DNA from: a virus
IMG/VR virus record: IMGVR_UViG_3300045988_129298
Coordinates: 1-13,166 of that record
DNA length: 13,166 bases
Direction: 5' to 3' (one strand)
Of the stretch, positions 1-7,124 are shown one piece after another; the first letter of the stretch is position 1, and each line of letters begins with the position of its first letter. A program made the translations under genes and the position numbers. The notes beneath the pieces are model-generated. The model worked only from the letters and a program-made list of their open reading frames with translations, searched no databases and was not told the origin of the DNA.

Positions 1-46
1 TCCGATCTAAAGTCCCCCGTCCTCGATAGCAAGCAAGGTGATTTCC

Positions 47-136
47 CACTTTAGCATAGTAAAGTGCTAAAGTGCTAAAACGATAAAGCAAGACAGCAAT
101 GCTTTAGTGTAGTAAAGTGGTAAAGCAGTGAAGTGA
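47..136 (+). repeat. Sub-terminal iteron block in left ITR: 8-bp-phased TAAAG(T/C)(G/A)N units plus hairpin-capable inverted repeats
   Basis: Units start at 60, 68, 76, 84 (TAAAGTGC TAAAGTGC TAAAACGA TAAAGCAA) and at 113, 121, 129 (TAAAGTGG TAAAGCAG TGAAGTGA). A 27-nt imperfect direct repeat CTTTAG..TAGTAAAGTG.TAAAG occurs at 49-75 and 102-128 (21/27 identical, 53 bp apart). Inverted repeats: CACTTTAGCA 47-56 / TGCTAAAGTG 65-74, and TAAAGCA 84-90 / TGCTTTA 100-106. Confidence 0.85.
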
Positions 137-197
137 GTGCAAATAAAAAAATAATACCTCTACGCAATAAAGAGCAAAAATATTTAGTTAAATAGAA

Positions 198-226
198 TTA
201 ACAAATACATAAAAGAAAAATATAAT
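198..226 (+). promoter_or_regulatory. Candidate sigma-A/sigma-70-type promoter P1 in left ITR, pointing inward
   Basis: TTAACA (198-203), 17-nt spacer, TATAAT (221-226). The surrounding sequence is AT-rich. Confidence 0.5.
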
Positions 227-242
227 GTTTACAATTTATTCA

Positions 243-271
243 TTGACATATCCCTTGTAGTGTGGTATACT
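243..271 (+). promoter_or_regulatory. Candidate strong sigma-A/sigma-70-type promoter P2 in left ITR, pointing inward
   Basis: Consensus TTGACA (243-248), 17-nt spacer containing an extended -10 TG (263-264), and TATACT (266-271). It lies about 90 nt upstream of the ATG at 362. Confidence 0.7.
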
Positions 272-328
272 ATATATAGAGTTAAGGGAAAGGAATAAAG
301 AGAAAACCTTAACAAACAAAATTTTAAA

Positions 329-346
329 AGTTGCAACGTTGCAACT
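329..346. repeat. 18-bp perfect palindrome AGTTGCAACGTTGCAACT (left ITR copy)
   Basis: Exact match. It lies between promoter P2 and the RBS, and ends 15 nt before the ATG at 362. Confidence 0.98.
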
Positions 347-361
347 AGAAAGGAAAATACC

Positions 362-679
362 ATGAAAATTAGAGGTATAGAAGTAAAAGGGATTAAGGAA
401 ACTGTTGGCAAATATAATAGAATACCAATTAGTGAGCGAAAGTCTTTTAACATATGGTTTGATAATATAACTAAAAAAGTTATGTTAATAAGAAACGATA
501 TTTGCGAGCAAACTGGTATGAAAACGGAGCAATACACCGATAACTATTTAGATATATCTTTTTTAAGATATGATGATATAAGCGACTTGATTATTTATGA
601 GTATCCTTACTTTGATTATGTATATACAAATATTTCAATGGCAATGCTTGAGGCTGTAATTGCTACTTATATACTATAA
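362..679 (+). CDS. Hypothetical 105-aa protein, the only plus-strand gene; possible AbrB/SpoVT-like N-terminal DNA-binding domain
   Basis: The ORF follows the ITR promoter, palindrome and RBS (GAAAGGA about 8 nt upstream) and is followed by a terminator. The N-terminal stretch VGKYNRIPISERKSFNI...KKVMLI loosely resembles the AbrB swapped-hairpin pattern (GRVVIPIELRRTLGI...KIIL), recalled from memory. The C-terminus is acidic and Tyr-rich. Confidence 0.6.
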   Translation: MKIRGIEVKGIKETVGKYNRIPISERKSFNIWFDNITKKVMLIRNDICEQTGMKTEQYTDNYLDISFLRYDDISDLIIYEYPYFDYVYTNISMAMLEAVIATYIL

Positions 680-686
680 AAAATAA

Positions 687-709
687 CCCCGTGAGAAACA
701 CTCACGGGG
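687..709. terminator. Bidirectional rho-independent terminator between convergent genes
   Basis: 9-bp GC-rich stem CCCCGTGAG (687-695) / CTCACGGGG (701-709) with a 5-nt loop. It is followed by TATTTTA on the plus strand and by TTATTTTTT on the minus strand (complement of 678-686). It sits between the stop codons at 677-679 and 715-717. Confidence 0.85.
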
Positions 710-714
710 CTATT

Positions 715-1806
715 TTATGCTCTTATGCTTATAGCGTGCTTGCTTTGTGCGTTTATCCAGTTTCTAACAATTTCACCTACTGAGTTATCAGCATAGAACA
801 CACGATTAAATGTTATTAAATTATTAATAAGTTTATGAACATCTGTTGGTTGTTCTGCAAGTGATTGAACGTGTAATGGATTTATATCTGCATTAAAATC
901 ATATACAACTCTATTTTTTAAGTCAAGGTTTTCTGTCTTTGTTTGAATGTTAAAAAATAGAAATACAGTGTTTTCATAATGCACAATATTGCAAGCAATA
1001 ACGTCATTGTCAAAGAATATATAAGCCCTATATACAATATTTTCATTTCTAATCTTACATGGGGCGTGCGGATAGTTTTTAATTTCCCACTGCCCCGTGG
1101 TTATCATTTTCAATTGTGGGTTATCAAAAGCGAAATATTTACTAACTTTTCCAGTTTGTCCCCTACTGTCTGAATATTCCAAAGCTAACGTTAATTCACT
1201 GTCACCATATGTAAATAATTTCAAGTCACCCTGTTTAATATCTGAAATCTTACCTAAGCCCATTTCGGCAAAGTACGGGCAATACTGGTTTACCGTATTC
1301 GCAATCATGTAAATAATTGTCTTATCCCTATCACGCATAATAGATGATAATAGCTGAGTAAATATAACAAATTCATTATTAAGATAAAAGGAACGGGTCA
1401 TAAATTCATCAAATAGAATATATTTAAAATATCCATTATCTGCACCTTTTGTACGTTCCCACGCATTTAAAGAAAAACACTTGCAAAAACTTTGTTCACA
1501 TTTTTCCTCAGTATCTGTATTATATAGGAAAAATTCCCTATTTTTGTATGTAGTGCTGTTAAACTGACCATTGGATAGTTTTTCAATTAATGCTGAATGT
1601 GGTTTAAACAAATTTTGAATATTTTTTGGCATAATTTCCTCATCATATCTTCTAATATATGCCAATCTAAAATTATTTTTGAAATATCCCTCTACTTCCT
1701 GTTTGCACACTGCGTATGTTTTACCGTTTGAACGCTGTCCTATAATTAAATTGTATAGTGCGTTTAACTTATTAATCTTTTTTAGTGAATAGTATTCATT
1801 TTTCAT
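715..1806 (-). CDS. DNA encapsidation (packaging) ATPase, phi29 gp16-like
   Basis: Walker A IIGQRSNGKT and Walker B-like YILFDEF. As in phi29, it is the last gene of the array, downstream of the structural genes. I prefer the ATG at 1806 (MKNEYY..., GGGAG about 10 nt upstream, 11-nt overlap with the polymerase stop) over the ORF-track start at 1896, which would overlap the polymerase gene by about 100 nt. Confidence 0.8.
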   Translation of the reverse strand: MKNEYYSLKKINKLNALYNLIIGQRSNGKTYAVCKQEVEGYFKNNFRLAYIRRYDEEIMPKNIQNLFKPHSALIEKLSNGQFNSTTYKNREFFLYNTDTEEKCEQSFCKCFSLNAWERTKGADNGYFKYILFDEFMTRSFYLNNEFVIFTQLLSSIMRDRDKTIIYMIANTVNQYCPYFAEMGLGKISDIKQGDLKLFTYGDSELTLALEYSDSRGQTGKVSKYFAFDNPQLKMITTGQWEIKNYPHAPCKIRNENIVYRAYIFFDNDVIACNIVHYENTVFLFFNIQTKTENLDLKNRVVYDFNADINPLHVQSLAEQPTDVHKLINNLITFNRVFYADNSVGEIVRNWINAQSKHAISIRA

Positions 1807-3934
1807 TAAAATCACACTCCCAGAAATTCGTAGCCAATTCTTGGCTTTTCTCAAATAATGTATGCTCTTTTGCACCGCTACCGAAATTTGTACCACACAT
1901 TAAATAATATATGAATTGTTCGGATAGTGCCATGTTATAATCCTGTTCTTCCATGTGTATATAGGTATTTTCTGCCACTTCGGCATAATTTCCCATATAA
2001 TCTTTTAATACAATTTTGTATGGGTCATTAATATATGTTAATGTATTTTTCCCTGTATATTCTTTAGGTATATACATTTCATTGTCAAAAAATTCAAACG
2101 GTTGCAACGTTGCAACTATGTACGGAACGGCACATTTTTTATTCAGCCCTGAAACTGTAATATTAAATTTTCCGTTCTGTTCATACGCATAACGCTTTGC
2201 ACCTAACGTCTTGAATTTTGAATAAACCCCCTCAAAATCCCATACACCTAGAGGTTTTTTAATACCCTTAATTGTTTTAGGTTTAGCCAAATTCAAATTA
2301 ATTTCATAATAACTTAAAGCCTTGTTTATCTCGTCAATACATTTTTTATTATATTCATTTATCCAGTTTTCATATTTTTCATAGTTTAAAAATTTTATAC
2401 TATCTGTATCACAATAAATAGTATCCTCATTAATTTTTAATATACCTTTGAAAAGTTCGTGCCTCGCCCATGCAGTAATCCACACACCCCACTGATAGAC
2501 TAATACCTGTTTTTTATTTTTTATGTAATTTTCTTGTAATGCGTCTGCTATATCCTTTTTTTCTGTATTCCATTCTTTTCCGTCAAAAATAATATTGTCA
2601 TTTACTGGATTTGTTACGCACATTCCGAATAAACTATTCAACATTCCTTTTCCAACTAGATACTCAACTTCTTTGCCTGCTACACCTTTTAATGTTGTTT
2701 TGTCATTGTAAAATTTTAATGCACATTCTATAATCTGCTTAGGCAAATATCCATAACTTGACATATAAAATTTGCCAATTGATAAATGTTCATAGGAATA
2801 AAACTCCTCAAAGTCTTTAAAGTCAATATCTGTAAAATATGTAAATATTCTATCTGCTGATACAATTCGCCCGTTGTCAACTACTGCATTATCACAAACG
2901 GAGCATTTTGAACGTGATAAAATGTGATTACATTTTTTAGCAGTAACGTTAGTTAATTCAACCTCAAAGACACACGGATAATTTTTAATACAGTATCTAA
3001 AATCTTTTAAGTCCTTTATATGGGTTTTTGTAAATGGTTGCATAGGGTACTTTTTTCGTATCATAACGGACGGATAAGAACTTATAAAATCTATACTAGC
3101 AACATTTTCCAATACCATTCCTACATACATATAGTTTGCGTGTGTATACCCACCCATGAATGATTTATGCAATAAACAAAATAAATCCTTATCGACTGGA
3201 GCTATTTTCTTAATTTTTTCTCTGTATTTTGGATAGTATGTGTGTTTTTTAATATAATTTTGGCAATATTTTCTAACATATCCCGTTTTTGTTAAGGGGA
3301 TTTTTGTTATATTATTATCATTTTTTGCCATTTCTTCAAGTATAAAATAGTGTAAAATTTTTACGTCATGTTCGCAATATCCCATTTCTTCATTAGTTAG
3401 CGGAGTTTTCCACGTTCTCAATAGTTTATAATTTAAATCACCTGTTAATTTTTGTATTTTTACGCTTGTCAAGTCTTCTGCGGTTTTAGCTAAACTCATG
3501 CCACTCAGCATTAGACTACATTTCAAATCAAAACAGTCATTCATAGTACACTTAATAGGATGGCGGGCATTTCTTGCAAAAACATCTTTGAACCGCTCAT
3601 GACCGATTAGAAATTGAAATTCATAACCTAAATTGTGAATATATATTATAATTCTTCTGTATTCATTTAATTGTAATATCTCTTTTAATTTATTCAATGT
3701 AAAATCAAAATCTTTCCATGTTCTACCATATACATAATTTCCATTTAGTGCAAACATAAAAATATACATACACGCTCTTTTGTTTTCACCGTCATAAAAA
3801 GAACTGGTTTCAATGTCAAACGCAAAAGGTGCATTGTAATATTCTATAAATTGATTATCCCGTGTACGGGTTGTAACTGTTTGTAAATTACTATTTTTTA
3901 GAATATTAAAATCAAAATCATTTACATTTATCAA
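1796..3934 (-). CDS. Protein-primed family-B DNA polymerase (phi29 gp2-like)
   Basis: ExoI FDIETSS, ExoII HNLGYEFQF, ExoIII YCEHD, motif A DFISSYPS, motif B KGMLNSLFG, ITAWAR, motif C IYCDTDSI and KxY LGAKRYAY. Several of these are near-identical to phi29 polymerase as recalled (ITAWAR, IYCDTDSI, MLNSLYG). The start must be the TTG at 3932-3934, because ExoI lies upstream of the first internal Met. A strong RBS AAAGGGGTG sits 6 nt upstream. Confidence 0.96.
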   Translation of the reverse strand: MINVNDFDFNILKNSNLQTVTTRTRDNQFIEYYNAPFAFDIETSSFYDGENKRACMYIFMFALNGNYVYGRTWKDFDFTLNKLKEILQLNEYRRIIIYIHNLGYEFQFLIGHERFKDVFARNARHPIKCTMNDCFDLKCSLMLSGMSLAKTAEDLTSVKIQKLTGDLNYKLLRTWKTPLTNEEMGYCEHDVKILHYFILEEMAKNDNNITKIPLTKTGYVRKYCQNYIKKHTYYPKYREKIKKIAPVDKDLFCLLHKSFMGGYTHANYMYVGMVLENVASIDFISSYPSVMIRKKYPMQPFTKTHIKDLKDFRYCIKNYPCVFEVELTNVTAKKCNHILSRSKCSVCDNAVVDNGRIVSADRIFTYFTDIDFKDFEEFYSYEHLSIGKFYMSSYGYLPKQIIECALKFYNDKTTLKGVAGKEVEYLVGKGMLNSLFGMCVTNPVNDNIIFDGKEWNTEKKDIADALQENYIKNKKQVLVYQWGVWITAWARHELFKGILKINEDTIYCDTDSIKFLNYEKYENWINEYNKKCIDEINKALSYYEINLNLAKPKTIKGIKKPLGVWDFEGVYSKFKTLGAKRYAYEQNGKFNITVSGLNKKCAVPYIVATLQPFEFFDNEMYIPKEYTGKNTLTYINDPYKIVLKDYMGNYAEVAENTYIHMEEQDYNMALSEQFIYYLMCGTNFGSGAKEHTLFEKSQELATNFWECDFNEK
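2100..2117. repeat. Palindrome copy inside the polymerase gene (GGTTGCAACGTTGCAACT, 17/18, 16-nt core intact)
   Basis: Core GTTGCAACGTTGCAAC at 2101-2116. It is read on the minus strand as codons for VATLQP, about 290 nt upstream of the ATPase start. Confidence 0.95.
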
Positions 3935-3956
3935 CTATTACACCCCTTTAAAAAAT

Positions 3957-3974
3957 AGTTGCAACGTTGCAACT
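3957..3974. repeat. 18-bp perfect palindrome (junction of the 183-aa gene and the polymerase gene)
   Basis: Exact match. It overlaps the TAG stop (3973-3975) of the upstream gene and ends 22 nt before the polymerase TTG start. On the minus strand it is followed by ATTTTTT. Confidence 0.98.
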
Positions 3975-4524
3975 ATTTTAATGTCTGCAAAAAATTTCTC
4001 ATTAAGTCGGTCATATCACTTTCAGTTTTTGCAGATTTTTCAAGCGTATCTAACACCGCATTAATTTCATCATCATTAAACCCTTTTGTCACCATATCAC
4101 GCACAAATTGTTGAGCGTAATCACTATTAGACAACTGCCCTAAAATTGCATTATCACCATAAAATTCCAGTACACGTTCTACAGTTTCATCTTCAATTTC
4201 CAATCGCAAAGCGTGTTTGTGTATAATTTTTTTCGTGTCAGCCACACTCGTTTGTTGCCCTAAAAACTGTCTAATCTGTACATAATGTTTTAATAACTCT
4301 GCACGATTTTCGCCTTTTGTTCCAGTTTTAAAAAAATTCTTTTTAGTCGAAAATTTGTTCTCTTTTAGAAAAGTGTTCCATTTAGCCATGATTATAGGGT
4401 TTTTCTTGTAATATCCACTTTTTTTCAATTGGCTGAGGCGTAAATTTGCTTTACGCCCTTGCCTTAAAATTTCCGCTTTTAATTGTTCATTTGTTAGACC
4501 ACTTGCAAAATGTTCATTCATCAT
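3973..4524 (-). CDS. Putative terminal protein (183 aa)
   Basis: It sits immediately upstream of the protein-primed polymerase gene, as gp3 does in phi29. The basic N-terminal segment AEILRQGRKANLRLSQLKKSGY resembles phi29 TP AEYARLVKNTKAKIARTKKKYG (from memory), and the C-terminus is acidic. The start overlaps the upstream stop (ATGA at 4521-4524). The function is inferred, not demonstrated. Confidence 0.45.
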   Translation of the reverse strand: MMNEHFASGLTNEQLKAEILRQGRKANLRLSQLKKSGYYKKNPIIMAKWNTFLKENKFSTKKNFFKTGTKGENRAELLKHYVQIRQFLGQQTSVADTKKIIHKHALRLEIEDETVERVLEFYGDNAILGQLSNSDYAQQFVRDMVTKGFNDDEINAVLDTLEKSAKTESDMTDLMRNFLQTLK

Positions 4525-6608
4525 ACAAATACACCGCCTTGTAACATATTTACTATATACCGTCTTTCACTGTCTGTACATCTGAAATTAATTTCAGGGT
4601 TGCTGACAACTGTAAAACCCTTAAAATCTGATAGTTTACCAGTTTTTTCACACGCAAAACCAATCGTTCGCCCGTAATTATCAGGCACATTTAAAATAGG
4701 GCGGTCAATAATGAAATAGCATTTTTGCGGTTGCCATGTTGCAACAGACGGCGAACTTGCACTAGCTTCTTGGTAATTAGTACCAGTCGCAAAACCGCTG
4801 TATAATTTTTCTACATTGCTAACCATTCCGCCGATATTTTTACTAACAATTGACGTTACACCGCCTATCGCACCGCTAACTACATTGCCAATAACTGTAT
4901 TAGCATAACTTGTACTATCGTTTCCAGTCATTGGAATAGATACACCTACTACTCCATTTCTGTAAATAAATGGTATATCATCTTTGAAAACTATTGCAGT
5001 ACCTGCACCCGTGGTATAGTCAACTATCATTTTAACTGATATTCTGTGTCCCATAAATTCAGCGGTTGAAACTGGTACAACACCAATATATGGAATGTAT
5101 ATTTGTGCTGTTGTGTATGGTTCATAATCTAGGAAATTTTTGAATTTAGTGAAAAATGTACATTCACCTAAATCAATTAAACTGTTTACATTTTCGGTCA
5201 GTTTAATACCGTTTACCCCTGTGTTTGTTCTGCCTATCACAATGGGTTCTGCCTGCGTTGCTGAATTTTTCAACGCAACGTTAAACGGGAATAACCGTAG
5301 GTCAATAATACCGTTCATGGGGTTTTCACCCATTAACGCTAAACCTTTTACAATTTCTTGAAATTTTCTTTCATCTGCGTTCCACAAAAAATCAGCCAAA
5401 TTTTTTACAGTATTTGCATTAACCGCAAAACTGCGGTTAAAAACATTGACGTTTGACAGCGTAGGTTTATTCAAATCTATTTTGTCGGTGTAGTTGTTAG
5501 GGTCTGTATTGCCTATGCCGTTAAATGGGTTATTTTGCCAGTCTGTCGGAGTATCCCATGTTGTCTGAATTTGTTTCGCATTTTCTGCACCCTCAGAATA
5601 TTTGCCAGTAATTTTTCCGTCATCCGATATAATACCGCAATATATTCCATTTTGGTTTAGATTTTCCTGCTTTGCTAAATTTGCCGAAAATGTATAATAT
5701 GTTCCCATTCTGCTATATAATTTATGAATGTTTTCGATACTATAATCAAAAACAGGTAAATATCCCGTATACACGTCACTATCAATAGCAAAATATGTTT
5801 TATCCCACAAATCGTTATAACCTAAATTTGCATAATAGTAATCATATGTATTAAAATAGTTAATATTCAAATCATCGCACCCATAAATGAAATTATTCAA
5901 AATTGCGTGTTCTTGGTCATAATCACCAAAAAATAATGCACCGTAAATGTCATAATTTTCCGCCATAGAATTTTTTGAATATGTACAAAATGGGATAATA
6001 TTAAAACCTTGACACAATTTGCGGTCATTAAGGTCAGCCCTAAAATAGTAGGGTACTACATACATACCAATAATGTGATGACTGTTTTTGTAATTTTGTT
6101 CAAATGTGATAACGTCAACATCAATTCTATCACTAAATGATGATACATCACCCATAGTAGAATATTCAAATTTGTAAGCTATCACTCGTACCAAAAAAAG
6201 AAAATCTTTTAATTTATACTCAGTGCCGAAATAATATCCTAAACCGCTACTATTATTACTATCATATGCTAGTCTATAGGATGTTGTTACTGACTGGTTA
6301 GCGATTACAGGCCTATTTTGCAATGTGCCTGTAGTGTTTAAACGTCCGAACATAGCACATACACCGCTAGGAGAATTTGTACCAGTTACAAATTCAGATT
6401 GATGTGGTTTACGATACCCACTGCGGACAAAATAATCGTCAGGGGGATTAAAATCGACGGCATAAAAAATTGATTCATCAATGGGATTATTTAGTTGTAA
6501 TTTACCATTATTAACCAAAGTTTCTAATGATTGAGTTGTTTTAATACCACTTAAAAAATCTATGGATATACTGCGATCACTGGAATAAATTTCCTTATTT
6601 AATTTCAT
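4521..6608 (-). CDS. Large tail protein (695 aa) with a tail-knob (phi29 gp9)-like C-terminal part
   Basis: The segment DYEPYTTAQIYIPYIG..., the Gly-rich hydrophobic loop (VSGAIGGVTSIVSKNIGGMVS) and the C-terminal end ...IVNMLQGGVFV resemble the recalled gp9 architecture. The N-terminal ~470 aa are Asn/Tyr/Asp-rich with no recognisable match and could be a receptor-binding part. ATGA overlaps occur at both ends of the gene. Confidence 0.55.
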   Translation of the reverse strand: MKLNKEIYSSDRSISIDFLSGIKTTQSLETLVNNGKLQLNNPIDESIFYAVDFNPPDDYFVRSGYRKPHQSEFVTGTNSPSGVCAMFGRLNTTGTLQNRPVIANQSVTTSYRLAYDSNNSSGLGYYFGTEYKLKDFLFLVRVIAYKFEYSTMGDVSSFSDRIDVDVITFEQNYKNSHHIIGMYVVPYYFRADLNDRKLCQGFNIIPFCTYSKNSMAENYDIYGALFFGDYDQEHAILNNFIYGCDDLNINYFNTYDYYYANLGYNDLWDKTYFAIDSDVYTGYLPVFDYSIENIHKLYSRMGTYYTFSANLAKQENLNQNGIYCGIISDDGKITGKYSEGAENAKQIQTTWDTPTDWQNNPFNGIGNTDPNNYTDKIDLNKPTLSNVNVFNRSFAVNANTVKNLADFLWNADERKFQEIVKGLALMGENPMNGIIDLRLFPFNVALKNSATQAEPIVIGRTNTGVNGIKLTENVNSLIDLGECTFFTKFKNFLDYEPYTTAQIYIPYIGVVPVSTAEFMGHRISVKMIVDYTTGAGTAIVFKDDIPFIYRNGVVGVSIPMTGNDSTSYANTVIGNVVSGAIGGVTSIVSKNIGGMVSNVEKLYSGFATGTNYQEASASSPSVATWQPQKCYFIIDRPILNVPDNYGRTIGFACEKTGKLSDFKGFTVVSNPEINFRCTDSERRYIVNMLQGGVFV

Positions 6609-7105
6609 ATGTTCAGCCCCTCATTCTCTGTTGTTCCCTGATTACTTCCGCCACCTGCTACATTTAATACAAAATTGTAACTATTTACTGTAGCACTATC
6701 TAGGTTAAAATCACCCCCAGTAAACTCAATTACTTTCATTTCCTTGTTACCTTTTAATGGTAACATTGTATCGGGTATATATGTACTGCCGATATTTTCA
6801 TTTCTAGTTATTAGAAATTCGCTAGATAGTAACGTTGTTGAATATGTAAATATATCAAATTCGCACTGTAAAATAATAGTTTCTGCACTCTCAACGTCTG
6901 CCGAAATTATATGATAAAACCTATCAAAAAATGGTATATATGCCATATTGGCATTGAATGTTTCAGACGTACAAAATAATCTTATACGAGGTGCAAAACT
7001 GTTCATAGTATCCAGTATTTCACAATTATACTCTACTGTGTTTGTTAGCGTTTTTGAAATTGTTCTCACGTCCTGTGAACATTGATACGTTGTTATAATT
7101 GGCAT
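6605..7105 (-). CDS. Hypothetical structural protein (166 aa), possibly equivalent to the N-terminal domain of tail-knob proteins
   Basis: It lies between the capsid and tail genes and is translationally coupled to the tail gene (ATGA at 6605-6608). The motif ANMAYIPFFDRFYHIISADVE...LQCEFDIF loosely resembles the phi29 gp9 N-terminus (SYIMFQN..NKWFYAFVTELE...VHFEIDVL) from memory. Confidence 0.35.
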   Translation of the reverse strand: MPIITTYQCSQDVRTISKTLTNTVEYNCEILDTMNSFAPRIRLFCTSETFNANMAYIPFFDRFYHIISADVESAETIILQCEFDIFTYSTTLLSSEFLITRNENIGSTYIPDTMLPLKGNKEMKVIEFTGGDFNLDSATVNSYNFVLNVAGGGSNQGTTENEGLNI

Positions 7106-7124
7106 TTTTTCTCACCTTCAATAT

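Larger units (their letters stand above)
1..364. repeat. Left inverted terminal repeat (364 bp, perfect reverse complement of 12803-13166)
   Basis: Compared by hand in 60-nt blocks: position i pairs with 13167-i across 1-364. Identity breaks at 365 (a) versus 12802 (c). The ORF track shows the same thing: spurious ORFs 229..537(-) and 12732..12938(+) share an identical 44-aa C-terminus. Confidence 0.97.

Noticed and set aside
1-240. Possible phi29-type packaging RNA (pRNA) gene in the outer ITR, which has hairpin-capable repeats and is non-coding.
   Set aside because: I found no convincing outward-facing promoter; the best candidates match only 3-4 of 6 positions in each hexamer. I also cannot evaluate the pRNA fold by eye. 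It remains possible, but the sequence alone does not support it. An Rfam RF00044 covariance search would decide.
329-346. The palindrome as an ordinary sigma-A promoter (TTGCAA as a -35 element) or as an ordinary intrinsic terminator.
   Set aside because: No -10-like hexamer lies 16-18 nt downstream of either TTGCAA in most copies. A sense-strand T-run follows only the copies at 3957 and 10785. The 7-bp, AT-containing stem is also weak for a terminator.
229-537. 102-aa minus-strand ORF in the left ITR, and its twin 12732..12938(+) in the right ITR.
   Set aside because: Both run outward across the ITR promoters and the palindrome. They share a C-terminus only because the ITR is duplicated, they have no RBS, and they oppose better-supported genes. 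I treat them as spurious.
1796-1798. Possible Mycoplasma-type genetic code (TGA read as Trp), given the tiny AT-rich genome.
   Set aside because: TGA ends several ORFs precisely at ATGA-coupled junctions (4521, 6605, 11533) and at the polymerase stop. A CHAP endolysin with a peptidoglycan-binding domain also implies a walled host. The standard bacterial code fits.
1807-1896. N-terminal extension of the ATPase ORF (start at 1896), and the GTG start of the portal ORF at 10273.
   Set aside because: The 1896 start would overlap the polymerase gene by about 100 nt and has no RBS, whereas the ATG at 1806 has GGGAG upstream. The GTG at 10273 is part of the RBS AAAGGGGTGA serving the ATG at 10261.
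3620-3622. The ExoII motif of the polymerase reads HNLGYEFQF, with Glu where phi29 has the catalytic Asp (HNLKFDGAF).
   Set aside because: This is a conservative carboxylate substitution, and my alignment is by eye from memory. That is not enough to claim altered proofreading.
5271-5290. TCAACGCAACGTTAAACGGG, which partly resembles the palindrome (GCAACGTT core).
   Set aside because: Only the central 8 nt match, neither octamer is intact, and the sequence lies deep inside the tail gene. This is compatible with chance.
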